DNA of 64,000 bases, taken from assembly GCF_025526975.1 (NCBI RefSeq), contig NW_026515673.1, forward strand, positions 992,001 to 1,056,000, given 5' to 3'. Of the stretch, positions 1 through 13,330 are shown piece by piece. The translations under genes were made by a program, and so were the position numbers. The notes below the pieces were generated by a model. That model was not told where the DNA came from. It did not search any database and worked only from the letters and a program-made list of their open reading frames with translations. The DNA is from Fimicolochytrium jonesii (Eukaryota). Numbering within the stretch: position 1 is the stretch's first letter; each line of letters opens with the position of its first letter.

Positions 1-303
1 AGATGACATTTTCACAGGAAAACACAGAGCGCTTCTGATTGGCTACCGCAATTCGCGGGATTCAATTTGGAAAAGGTCACGTGAGGCCATGCCCTGTTTG
101 GCGTCCTTTTAGGTCTGCTGTTTCACGCGTTGCATTATGATGGATCCGGCTAATCGCGGCTATCACACATCCATCGCAGATTAGGAGGCTTGCCACATCC
201 AAAAGACAACCGAAAGAAAACCACAAAAAGCCCCCTTCGGCCGCTTCACCCGCCTCGGAATCTACAAACCCGCCTCTCAACATCGTTTCTCACAAGTAGC
301 ACA

Positions 304-1286
<983 letters not shown>

Positions 1287-1835
1287 ATACGCATCAAGCC
1301 ATCGATTCCGCAATACTGATACGAGGGGTTTTCAAGCCCTCGCCTCGGCATCACTGTCCACGGTGTCGGGGTCCAACGAAAACTCTATCTCGCGCAAGCC
1401 GTGATTGAGAGCTCCCCGTTGCATCTTGGCCTACACAATAATCTTGTAAAGAGCCGTCTTTCGGCTGTCACACCTACTTTCCGTCCCACCGTGCTTGGAA
1501 ATCCTTGCATTCCGGAGTATCCTTCCTCCCCTCAACGCTTGTTTTGTAGTTGTGATGTTCCTTTCCTACTTATACAATACACCCCTGCTTGTCTACTGTG
1601 AAACTTGGGCATTTCCGACATACTCGGAAATAATGATTCTATAACTGTATGTTACACGTGGAGACCCTGAAGGTCATCATCCGGGACGTATAGAAGGATC
1701 GTTCGGTCGGTCTGAGGAGGCACGATTCCCTTCATACCGACGGCGATGTGCCGTTGCCATTCGTTCGCTGATTCCCATATGGGCTCTACACGTATCTAGA
1801 GATTTCCAACATCCTATATCCCGGCGCTGAGCAAC

Positions 1836-2674
1836 TCACGCAAGCCCCTGCCTCTTCAGCCTGGCCAGCTTGACCTTCTCCCGCTCCTTTAGGTACTTCT
1901 TTTGCCGCTTCGGGATGCCTACTTCGTATGGTTCTATTCCGCGCCTGTTAGGTAACGATGGCGATAGAGAATCGCCAGGAATCAGCGTTTCGATTCTCCT
2001 CAGTGACATTGAAAAATCAGACATCTGCGGGGCATGTTCGCCATGCCTGCTCTCCTTTGACGTCTGCCTTTATGCTTTCTCCGAAATCAGATATGCCAGG
2101 CACTGAAAACTCACTTGTACCACTCCCTCCACCCCTGCAAATATTTGCGCTGTCCGCACTTGATGCCCAACTCGTTCTCCATCTGATCCGCCGTAGCCGT
2201 GAAGAGATGGCCCCAGTCCTTGAACTTGTCTGCATACGTGTCCAAACCGCGGCCGATGGCCGTCAGGAACGATTTCGGATCTGTGATGGAACCTGAAGGA
2301 TAGGGCCAGAGTTCAGACGTCGAAGGGTCGTCGGCTTCTTCGCGCTCGTGAAGGCGCAGGTGATCATATTCCCACGCATGACAAAAGATCCAAAACGCAC
2401 CTCTCGTCTCCGGAACAAACGACGCCTTCTTATTCCCCGCCAACGCCACGTACTCTTCCGCCAGTTTCCAGTTCTCCAATGGGGCATGCATCGTCTTCCG
2501 CCGGAACGCCGAAGGCACCACCGTAGGAGTCGGCTCGGCTGCTGGTGATGCTGCTGTTGCTACATGTCGTCGTTTCGCAGATAATGTCGGAAGGTAAAAT
2601 GCTGTTATCGAGGCGGTCTTTGGGCGTAGTGGCCGCAGCGCCGCTGCTAGCGATCGGGTTGGGAGACTCATCAT
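1836..2674 (-). CDS. FYV4: Mitochondrial IGR-motif protein (Fyv4/mS41-like); intron 1945-2114
   Basis: Arg-rich presequence-like N-terminus; FLTAIGRG...WGHLFT...ELGIKCGQRKYL is the IGR motif; GTGAG..AACAG intron joins WYK to RGIEPYEV...RQGLA*. Confidence 0.8.
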
Positions 2675-3021
2675 TGCTGTGTGTCGCTGCAAATCGAGAC
2701 AGGATTTCAGTTGGCCAGAGACGTTTCTTTGCCTAACCCTAAACGCACCGAAAAACGTGCGAGGTTTCGAAACGTGCTACATCACGGACTAAAAACACCT
2801 TGAGCGCATTCAAAACAAAAGAAACAACTATGTACAAAGTGGCCTCCAGATTTCCTTTCCTCCTCCTATTGAGTCCTTCACCGATTTAATCCACAGTCCT
2901 TCCTCCAGAGGCCTTCTCCAGATTCGGATCCACATTGCAAAGTATTCGACATATTCTATAGTCCTTGTAGCGACAGGGGTCCCCGAGTTGAACGATTGAT
3001 TCCTTCTTTTCGTCCGACACA

Positions 3022-3724
3022 ATGACCGAAACCAAGATCACCGTCAGCGGTTGGTCTCGCGTAACCAGCTACCTTGCCGGAGCAAGACATGGGTGTAGGA
3101 ATGTTGAAGGAAGGTGAGGAGCTAATTTTCGGCTGGCTGGCATGAGCGTGGAACCAGCACGCTCACTGTCAATGCTGAAGTACGGTTTTGATTTCTTGTT
3201 CGGCTGTGAAACGAGCAGCATTCTCTCTCTAACTTCCATGTCTACCTCTTCATAACTTCAGTACGTGCGCCTGGCTGGGCAGGACGAGCCATACATCCTC
3301 CGAACTCAAGTTCTCGTATTTGTGACAATCATGCATGAACGCGGCCATCTCGTGGTGGCGAAAGCCGGAGCACACCACCGAACAATCGATTTTCCGGAAG
3401 CGGGCAACTTCATTGAAAATGAATTGTTCGGTGGTGTGCTACGGCATGAGTCTTCACGTCCAACTGTCGACCCTTTCGAGGTATACGGTCAGTCAACCCA
3501 GTTTGAGTCTTGGAACTTCTTCCTGACCACGGTGTTCGCAGTTAGCAGGTCTGCACTTGGACGGCGACGTTCATCGCGTAACACGAACTTGGGTGTACGC
3601 TCTCTTCAACGAAGGTACTGTACCTCTCGGCGTTCCCGCTCATCATTCTACGTACGTAACGATGCTGAACATAGTTCCACCAGCCGGGTTTCTACAATCT
3701 ATGTTCAATGATGTGGGACCTTGA
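3022..3724 (+). pseudogene. Probable degraded gene for an HExxH-motif (zinc-protease-like) fungal hypothetical protein
   Basis: Exon 3262-3480 has TIMHERGH...PEAGNFIENELFGG; in-phase GT-AG joins to 3542-3614 (LAGLHLDGDVHRVTRTWVYALFNE) and 3684-3724. The 5' part does not assemble cleanly (stops; GGCT duplication near 3131-3138). Confidence 0.4.
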
Positions 3725-4784
3725 ACTTGGAGTGCGCTTTCGAGGAATGGATAAGAATCTGAACGGCGAGGGTTCGTGGGATGCGTAAGTGGACAGTAGA
3801 ACTCCTGCCGTATGTCTTTTCCATTCCATCCTAGAACCCCTCACGCCGGATGCTTGCCACCCCTCCACGCCAACGGAGCACTTTTTTGGTCACCTACTTC
3901 TCCACTCCAGCAAATCCCCCCTTCAGCGAATTCCCAAATTGACTGCGTAGTGGTAAGAAAAGTTACTGTACATTTTGTGTACAAATATGTACAGTACATG
4001 TCCAAGGAGAATGGAGTCCATAACATTTCGGGATGCCGGCCGATCCGGCGCTGGCGAGCCGGGATGATGTCTCACATTCGTCTGGAAGCGAGCTAAGTAT
4101 CGTGGCAGCGAGAGCGCCTCGTCCAGTTGTAAGATATCCGGATTGCCTTTATACAGGGTCGGCGCCCGGCTTCAAAATGTACGAATCAAACGAAAGGCAT
4201 CGTGAGAGTGGGGAGGGAACTGGGCGTCAGAGAGGACTGGGCGTTGGGGGAGAACCGGATTTCGTTCTCGATGGGAAGCTAAATGGAGAGATGTAGTGAA
4301 ATCCCATCAGCGGCGAAGGTGACGGGAACATATGCGACTATCCCAAGAGCCCTTCTCCCTCCGGCACAAGCAGGTTCTCGTCAACGATCAGGCATATGAC
4401 ATTCACAACTGTAATATGTACAAGATATTCTCCGACGGGGGATAGGGGATCAAGTTTGGGGGATTACGCCGCCAAAATGCGGGCGTCAGGAGAGGGAACC
4501 GGGGTACGAGGCGAGGGTCCTGCTACCTAACGAGGAAAACTGGCGGCATATCGACGGAATCCCTCCTTGAATAAATAGCGTTGCGACAGCAATTTCACTT
4601 TCGAGTCCTGAATGGGGTCCGAAGCTTGAGCAGGAACGAGGTAGGGAATAAATCGTAGTTGCGAGCCTACGCTTCGTCTTGATGTCGAAGCCCGACCCCT
4701 CACATCCACGCCCTAGACCAACACTTGGGTCCACCACCCGCCGGCCCTCCCTTCCCCTAATCGCTAAGTTTTGTTGATGGGTGT

Positions 4785-5275
4785 TCACCACCTGTCTCCA
4801 CCACGGTTTCCGCCAAAGTCTCCACCACGGTTTCCACCAAAGTTACGGTCGGAGCGTCCCTGGCCCATAGGGGTAGCCTCGTTGATCTGAGAATTCCGTA
4901 GCAAGACCGCATAAGTGGGATATTTTTACGAGAAGATGTGTTTCCCGCTCATGATAAACTCACCCTCAGGTCCCGTCCCTTGTAGTCGCGTCCGTTAAGA
5001 GCCTCGATAGCCTTCTCAGCACCGTTCTCCTCCATCTCGATGAAACCGAATCCACGGGACCGTCCGGTGTTGCGGTCGATCATGATCTTAGCGTCCTTGA
5101 CCTCGCCATACCTGCCAAACAGAACGCTGAGGTCCTCAGTGTTGGCGGCCCAGGGGAGGTTTCCGACGAAGATCCGCTTGGTGCCGAAGTTACGGACGAA
5201 GAGGGCGGTGGGGGATGCGAGAGTGGTGGTGCGGGTGAGCGGGGCACGGAGGGTGAGGAGGCTGCGGGCGAACAT
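4785..5275 (-). CDS. Mitochondrial-type glycine-rich RRM RNA-binding protein; intron 4887-4963
   Basis: RNP2 IFVGNL and RNP1 RGFGFIEM; presequence MFARSLLTLRAPL; exon 2 INEATP...FGGNRGGDFGGNRGGDRW* gives an RGG tail. Confidence 0.92.
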
Positions 5276-5968
5276 GTTTGTTATGTTGCGTTGAGGAGAA
5301 GGACGAGGTGGACGTCAGATCTGGAGTGGTTGTGGAATGCAGGAGCAAGCGAGGGAGGTAAATTCCCGAGTGTCCGAAGAAAACAACTCGGAAAAGGGGG
5401 GGGATCGGCGGATCGGCGGGCACGTGACTTCACGCGTTGGGCAACTTTGGGCAGCTCTCGTCTCGCTCCATGACAGGGTATGGAATGTGAGGACCAAGGA
5501 CGAACAACCCGGGGCAGGCATCGGGGTCAAGTCGGAGCGCTCAAAGCTCCTTTCAAGGGTGGTCGGAGGTCCTGCACTTGGACAGCTTCATGCGTGTCGA
5601 ACGTCGCGTTCCACACCTGGGGCCATGCGGAAAGGGGAGATCGGCTAGTTCGGTTGTTCCATCGGGTCCGAATGGATGTGCCGGCTATCAGGGTGCATCA
5701 AGCTATCTTGTCGAGTTGCCCAGGGTGGTGCCCTTGAGCGACCCCTAGCCACGACCACCAAGTAACATATGATTTGATGTGCAAAGGTGGATGCAGTCAA
5801 CTGAACAAGGTTTGCCCCGAAAGGTAGAGCGTAAAGTCCAAGATGTCAAACGTATTTCATGGGTATTCAGTATACATGGCAGAAACAAAACGAAACTACG
5901 TAGCACTGAAAATCTGGCGAAAAGGCAAACCAGAAAGCACTGTCAACGAAATCCGCAAAGCGACCCGT

Positions 5969-7929
5969 TTATCGCTCATATCCCTCGGTATGCACGACTA
6001 TTCTCCCACCCCGCCGCTTCCTGCACTCATTCGCAGCATCAACAACCGCATCAACCATCTCCCCAGGTCCACACACATATATGCCCACACTGTCCTCGTC
6101 CGCAAACTTCGCAATCGTATCCCTGACATTCGCCAGCATATCCAGCCGTCCGTCCCGCGAACTCACATTCAAGCTACAGCTATGCCTTCCAGCCTGCTGC
6201 AACACCTTATGCCTCTGCAGCTCAAGGTACGAAGAAAGCCTGGACGCGCCAGCCTCGCGAGCTGTCCACACGACATCAATTGACTGCACCGAGTTCTGTT
6301 CCAGCACGTGGTTGGCGATGGACAGCGCGCCGGGAATCCCGGAACCGCCCGCGATGGTAACGATATGTTGCGAGGAGAGGAACCGCGGGGGTAATTTACC
6401 GTGCGGCCCATCGATGAAGACTTCGATGGGCGCGTGGCCCTCGTCGTCGCGGCGGGACTCCCATAGAGCGAGCAGGGAGGATGTCCAGCGGTTCTTGCGG
6501 TCGGTGGGTTTGATGATCAGGGTGATGGTGTCCCGGGCGACGAGGATCTCGCGGGATTTCATGAAGCTGGACTTTTCGACTACGCCACCGGGGGAGGTAG
6601 GCGTGTTGGGGGTTGTGTTGTACTCGTCGTGGATGTAGTGGACTGACGGTGTGCTGGCGTTAGAGGGCGAGCCGTAGCTGGAGGCGATGGTGAATGGGTG
6701 CCACATGACGCGGGAAAGGGCGGGGATCTTGAGCGAGACCCATTGGCCGGGGGCGTAGGGGACGTCCCATCCCGCGATGTCTACGCGGATGTATCCGCAT
6801 TCTTCGAGGGTGACGGAGGTGATGTGGGCGGGGGTGGTGCGATTGTACACGCGCACGGCCGCGTCGACCATGTAGAACAAGACGGCGGGCATCGCGAGGT
6901 GAAGCATCGGCGAGGCGTGGATGAACGCCATTGCGATGGCCCCCCATGCGAGGGTGTGGTTGATCCAGAACCAAGAGTAGTTGGCTCGACGGATCTTGGG
7001 GATGGAGTTGATGCCAACCCAGAGGAAGGTGAAGGCCGCGACGTAGCCCGTGAGGGTCACGGCGCCCCTGTAGTCAGCGGCTGGCTTGAAGCGGTTCTTG
7101 AGCTGTCCGACGAGCCCGCGCTTGATGTAGTTGGGGAGCTCGTGGCCCATGCTGTGCCCGAAAGCGAAGATGATGGTGAAGACACCCGACCAGCGGTGGA
7201 GTTCGAGGGAGGTATCGTAGTCGATCTTGAGGAGGGAGGAGAGGATGCCGCGACGGGAGACGGGCATGAGGGCGAGGGCCAGTTGGATGGCGACGGGATG
7301 CGCTGAGGCTCTGTAATGTGGAAGGCGGACGGAGAGTGAGTACGCTGTGGCTAATGCAAGAGCTATGATTCCCACGGCAGTACAAACCTGAACATATTGC
7401 CGCAGAAGATGTCAAAAGTAAACGGAATCACGATGTTCGCACCAGTCGTACCTGCGGCAGCAGGCTCATCATGCTCATGACGACGATGGTGGTGAGCGCT
7501 TGCAGCAGTTTCAGGATTAGCTAGGGCAGCAATCGCCGCCACAAGCCTGGCTTGATCGGCGGCACGCCACCAATAGGCGAAGATTCCGGCTTGTAAGGTA
7601 AACACCGCGGTGAAGACCATCAACCTCATCCTTGTAACTTGGTAACTTGTGAAAGGCAGACGGAAAACGATCTCGGCACCCCAATTGCGTTGCTGAGCAA
7701 AGTAGACAGCGACCGCGGTAACGACGAGCCATGCGTAGAACGTCCATATCGTGACGAGGTTCTGGTAAGCGTAAGTACCGCGCTCGGCGCAGGTTTCGGA
7801 CCAGCAGGTATAATCTTGTAGTTGAGTGAGTAGAGCGACGGCGAGGATCGATAGAATTGATAGGCCGAGTGCCGCAAACAGGACCACGCGTTGTGGGTTG
7901 TTGCGGACGGTGGTGGAAAGGAATCCCAT
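5969..7929 (-). CDS. Ferric/cupric reductase transmembrane component (FRE family); intron 7311-7387
   Basis: Heme-ligand His pairs (LHRWSG...FGH; NH...FIH), FAD motif WHPFTIAS, NADPH motifs DGPHG, AGGSGIP and VCGP; the intron joins two overlapping ORFs in phase (NMFR|ASAH). Confidence 0.93.
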
Positions 7930-8075
7930 GGTGGTCAGTGACGGGGGAACTTGACAGGTTGGAGGACGATCGATTGGCGGATAAAGAGCCGGTTGCGCGC
8001 TGTTAGAAACAAAAGCGTGTTTTGCGGGATTTTGCTGACCAGTGGGGGCGGGGGATTTCGAGGGTACCTCACCGC

Positions 8076-8082
8076 TTTTATA
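8076..8082 (-). promoter_or_regulatory. TATA box (TATAAAA) upstream of the ferric reductase
   Basis: Consensus TATAAAA on the minus strand about 150 nt before the ATG at 7929. Confidence 0.55.
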
Positions 8083-9542
8083 GGCGAGGGATTTTTGCGG
8101 GTGGCGCAGTGGGAGAAGAAAATCGCCATTGGTGAAACGCCACTCGCTCTCCCATTGGTTGCGGACTCCCCAACTTATCATCAATCAAATTGCGCTGATT
8201 TGCCCCGAATCGACTGCCGTGTTTGACAGCTTGTCGCAATAAGAAGCGGAGAGCCTCCCCAGGTGTCAAGCCATTGCCATATGCTAATATCTCGGGTTGG
8301 TTTCATGCTGTTGGCGTCGCAGGGTCCGAGTTTCACAGCGCACGAGTAGACTCATTGTCGATTGATGGCAGGCTTGGCGCACGGGCCGGCGAAAAGAAAA
8401 AGGGCAAACCTTAAGGCCCCCAGATGAACAGTTTTCTTTTCATGCACGTCCTCCACTGAGTGTAAATAGGCAAATCGGTGTCGTGCTCCATTTGAGGACT
8501 TGTTTGCAATATTCCGGACAACTCCCGAAACAACACATCCTACGTAGTGTCAACCTGGATCATCGTGAATACTATGCCTTCATCTCCTGTTCTTGGAGAA
8601 GAGTGAGATGGAAATGATAAACCTCGAGTTCGAGTGCATCTCACGCATGGGGCCACCCGGTGCGTTTGATGCTTCCCACAACATCCGCACAAAGCGCTGC
8701 AGCGCGTGCTCGAATTCGGCACGCAGAGACTGAGCAATATGTTTTGTTGCCACGGAAAACAATGTATGCTAGTTACCCCACGGCTTGCTGTGAGTATTGC
8801 GATTATCCATCGGCCGTGAGAATAAGAGCGAACGCACGAGGGATGTCATAACTTGTACGCTGAGGATACCTGCATTTCCACACCGTGGGATAGCAGGGTT
8901 ATCATACCATTCCGTAGCGGAGCGCTACAGTCACGTACGTGGGTACATTTGCTTTCCTGGGCTTCTTCCCTCCTGTTGTGCAGGACTTGGGATGCAATCG
9001 TGAAGTTGAGGGCTGGAGTTTTCGACGCCTTGTGAGAGTTTTGAGAGAATCTTCGTGTATTGCCTTCTTCCTTCGTTCCTCTTGTTATTCTGAGCAGCAC
9101 GTACATGTACATGTACACTTAGAAGGTCCGCAATATGTGAAAGAGAGGTTGAGAAATTCTCGATTGGGCTGGTGAGATCTCGGAAAGGCCCATGACATGA
9201 GAGTGACAGGGCTTTGTAAAGTTTGAAATATCTGGAGAAGGTCGGCCAATCTCAGAGCATGTCATTATGAATAACTGTGGGGTATTACATATACATGCCT
9301 CACATCCAAACAGTGCAAACCGGCGGCGACCGGGTGAAGTTCTTAACCAGCGGTTGAAGCCGCCGGTATGTCCGAGGCACCCCGTAAACTCGGGGGAAAC
9401 CACCATAGCATTTATATATAGAAACCGGCCGACAGCGGCAAGTTCCTTCTCTGAATGGGTGTCTGCATCCCACCTTTACGCCGCGTGCACTTGGAGAGAG
9501 AAACTAAAACGAGCTGGATGTCTAGATTGGCCGGAGGACGCT

Positions 9543-12500
9543 TCAAGCGGTCGGCAGCTCAGTAAAGAAGAAAGCTTCCGGCACCCACACACATGTGGCG
9601 ACGGCTTCAAGGAGCAGCTTGCGAAGGTCCTGTGTAGCGGAATGAATGATGCAATAAAAAGCAGGGGCAGGGTGTGTATACATCAGTACCTCGGAAATCA
9701 AGGCAATGTGGTACAGCACAGAACTCACCGTTGGCGACTGTCGCACGACGTTTTGCGGATCCCGCACCAAATTCTGCAATCCTGATGGTAGCGCAAACGG
9801 CGATTTCCGCCGGCGAGTCGTGGGGGTGGTGGCGCTGACATCCGTAGCTGGCGCATACATCAAAATAGACGCGGCAGAGCGAGACCAAGCCTGCCCCTCG
9901 GCCCGTGGTGTACTCCCCAAGGCCAAATGGCGGGTGATCTCCTCAACCAACAAACAAAACAGCTGAAGACAATCGATTAACCTCAACGTGATTTCCGCCA
10001 CATCATGCGTAGGCAGTCGTCGCTTCCTCCTCGCGCCATCCCCATTCGGAGGTCTCACAAGCGCATGCACATGCCCAACAAGAGCCTCATACCCACCCGC
10101 ATGCCCCGCAAACTGCGTCGACAGAGCATCCCACGTTGCGCGTCCCGCCTGCCCACCAAGCGGGATCATCAGGGACTCATGCTGCGTCAAGGTGGCTATT
10201 ACCGCCGCGGTGGTCTCCAATACCCCCGCATGCAAGCACAAGAACTCTTGCTGGAATCGTCGAGGTGTTTGGCTGAACCCTTCCAGTGCCTGTATGCCCG
10301 TGTGTGCTGTCCATAGAGCCGAAATAGCGCCCTGCAGTTCGTCGTGTGGCGTTGGGGAGGTGTGGGCGGTTCGGACGTGGGAGAATGCGTCCGCGATGGA
10401 TTGGAGGCTTGTAAGCCAGAAGAGGGAGGATTCGGACTGCCCTTGCGTGACGATGGGTTGTATAAGTGATGAGCCGACTTCCGGAAAGCCCGCGCTGAGC
10501 GCTGCTCTCGCGATTTGATAGCTGTACCACGCGCCTTCGGGCGATGCCTGGATGATCGGTAGTAAGGGTCCTACTTCCTTTGTGAATGCTGCGGTATCCT
10601 CAAATCCATCGGCGACAGTGATCAATTCGAAGGCGGTAACGACTGCAGTTCTCAATGTCGCAGGTTTGAGCTTAGATCTATGCGCATTCGCCGTCGTCAA
10701 CATGAATCTCGGTGTCAGATGCCTATGCGGACGTCGCCTCGCCGCAGCCATCGCTATATTGAAGCTCGTGTCGAATTCGGCATTCCCCAACCCAGGCATC
10801 GTAAGAATTCCCCGCCACACTTCCTCTAAGAATCTTCCTATGGGCAACCCGGCGATGATGCGCATTACGAGTTCTAACTGTGAAAGGGAGATCATGAGCA
10901 GGCGGATTCAAGCTTCCTCGTTGCATCAGGTCTAAGGTACCCTCTCGGTGTCTTTCTGCTGCGACATGGTCATGAGCTTCTCGATTAGGCCCTTGAGGAT
11001 GTTGGCAAGTCTCGCCTCTGCAGACCCAAAACGTCAATTCTCAATCCCGCAATCCTCCCAACAAAGTCGCAACTCAATCGTCCTCACCGGAAAGCAGCTT
11101 TTTCGCCCCACGCACCTCCCCTTCGGGATGGTTCAGCTTATCAAGGAACAGCGCAGCGTCCAACGAGAGTGCGTTCCGAGCGAGCACGACGGGTTCCAGC
11201 GCGTCCACGATGTCCGGGCTTTGAACCGACTCCGCTGATGTTTGATCCCAGATGAGCTTTAATGTCGTCAGTGCCCGCTTTTGGACTGTCGTGCAGTCTG
11301 TTTGCGCGGCGAAACGGAGGATACGCTGGGAAAAGGTTTAGCTTCAAGGAAGTGACGGCATGTCGCTGCTCTTAGATAGCACTTACCAAGTGCTGATCCT
11401 GCGTGAAGTGGTGACACTGCGTTCTGGCTATCAACGTAAGATTGCAGCAAATCCCGTACTGCACAGTGGTCCTCGTTGCTTCTTCCAGGTAGCGGAGAAG
11501 CAGGTCAATCTGCGCGTAGAGACAGCACATGAATACCAGCGCATATGTAAGTCCCCAAATCATTTCCACATCAAGCCACATACCTGTTCACCGATTTGAA
11601 AAACGCATCGAACGGCGAGAATCGTCAGCGTTCGCAGCGTGGTGAGAACCGGCTCATCCCCTTTAGCGCTGATTAGGTAACGCAGGCACGCGTCTCTAGC
11701 CTAAGCAAGATCTGAATCAGTCGCATTCTCTATAAGCAATGCGGACACCGGACCTTACCGCAGATGCAAGGGCCGGGTGATGATACATATTCTTGAACAC
11801 CCTGATTACTTTCAACTTGATCACCGTCGGCTGACCTTTGTCTGCAACCATCACTTGCATAAGTCAAACATCGCCTTCCCTCTCTTCATCAACGCCCTCG
11901 AACGGCGCTAACGTACGAACTCATCTCCCCGGAAACACACCTTCCACCATACTCCTCAACTTTGGCAGATGGTTGACGCAAAACGCCTCCGACTTGAACG
12001 ATAGCTTCTCCGCGGCGAACAGCGCGGCCTCCACCTCCATCGAGTCCTTTGAGTCCAGCATGAGGCGGATACTAATTGGTTTGCCAAAGATTAGACAGTT
12101 GCTCAATGGGGAGTGATTGAAGAGCAGATCGTCGGCAGCTTACCCGTGATGCACCTCGAAGTTGTTGACGGCGATGACAGCCATGTATCCAAGAACGCTG
12201 TTGACGTTGCAAACCAAGATCAGCACGGCGACTCTCCATCTATCATCAGCCATATCTCTCAGTGGCTAGAAACGAAACCAGAATACCCACCGAAGCGTCA
12301 AAGTCCTCGCAAGCACATCATTACTCGTCAGCAGCACCGCGATTCGGCGCAACACATCGTCCGCGTTGCTCAGATGCACCAATGCCCCTGTGCTGTGCTT
12401 TATGACTTTGAAAATGTATTGCCGGACGATATTGTTGCTGGTTGTTATTCGGATGTGGGCAAGATGGACGATGGGATGTTACTCTGGATGATGCTGGTAT

Positions 12501-12883
12501 ATCCATAGCCTTCACAACAACCCCTCCCCAGAAAACCATGTAACGGACTCCCAACGTCGTCTGCCAAACTCCTTCAACCAACCTCGTCCGCCAATACTCC
12601 GCCAGCTTGATAAACCCTAAACCAATCACAAGAACAATCCGTCAGCCACTATTCTTTTCCCCTTCCCCTCATTACCCCACCCGTGGCCCTCCGCCACTCC
12701 CCTCCAACTCAATCACATCCCCTTCCTACCAGGCCCAACAACACTAGCCGAATCATATTTCTGAAAAAACTCGATGAATTTCAGCACGGATTGGATCTGT
12801 TCGTCGAGACGGAGGGATTTGAAGCCGCGGTCGAGCGCGACGAGCTCGTTGAAGCCGGGGTCGTTGAGGGTGGGATCGTCCAT
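9543..12883 (-). CDS. INTS7: Integrator complex subunit 7-like protein (multi-exon; internal junctions and 3' end approximate)
   Basis: Exons read LVALDRGFKSLRLDEQIQSVLKFIEFFQKY...FIKLAEYWR, SNDVLARTLTLR and LDSKDSMEVEAALFAAEKLS, matching the INTS7 N-terminus as I recall it (LMELDKGLRS..EQCEAV..F..LFQKY; SNDPVARAITLR; LDSHDNVEVEAAVFAA); ends with VPEAFF, resembling PRYFF. Confidence 0.85.
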
Positions 12884-13330
12884 GCCTGTCCTGACTTGGT
12901 GGGGTGAGGATCGTGTGGGTACTGGGCTCATACAGCTGAGTTTCGAGACGCGTCTTTCCCGGAACGAATTGTTTTTGCGAGGATTCCATGACGGACTTGC
13001 TCATACAGATCATTCAATCCATTGCATGATAAGATACACAACCCTCATGATGTCATTCTCTATGTCCATATATAAAAAAAATCTACAATGTTTGGCTCAC
13101 CCCACTCCCACTTCCGAGCCAACTCGTCAATCCCAGCCCCCTCCGCACGCCGCGGCAGTTCTGTCGGATCTGCGGGACAACTTTCGTTTTCAGATGTGGT
13201 AATGTCGTTCTCAGCCCCGTCTGACGAGGGTGGTGGTGTCGGATGGGTTTGGTGTGGCCGGTGTGGTCGGAGTTATTAATCACTCCATCGTTACCCATCA
13301 ATCTATCAACTTCGGCATCCGTACCGAAAC

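Noticed and set aside
2733..2743. CTAACCCTAAA telomere-like or telo-box motif upstream of the IGR gene
   Set aside because: A single short occurrence that cannot be distinguished from chance.
4789..4842. Short direct repeat (GTCTCCACCACGGTTTCC x2) as a CRISPR-like or regulatory repeat
   Set aside because: It encodes FGGNRGGD twice in the RRM protein's RGG tail.
7311..7387. Programmed frameshift between the two overlapping ferric reductase ORFs
   Set aside because: A standard 77-nt GT-AG intron joins them in phase.
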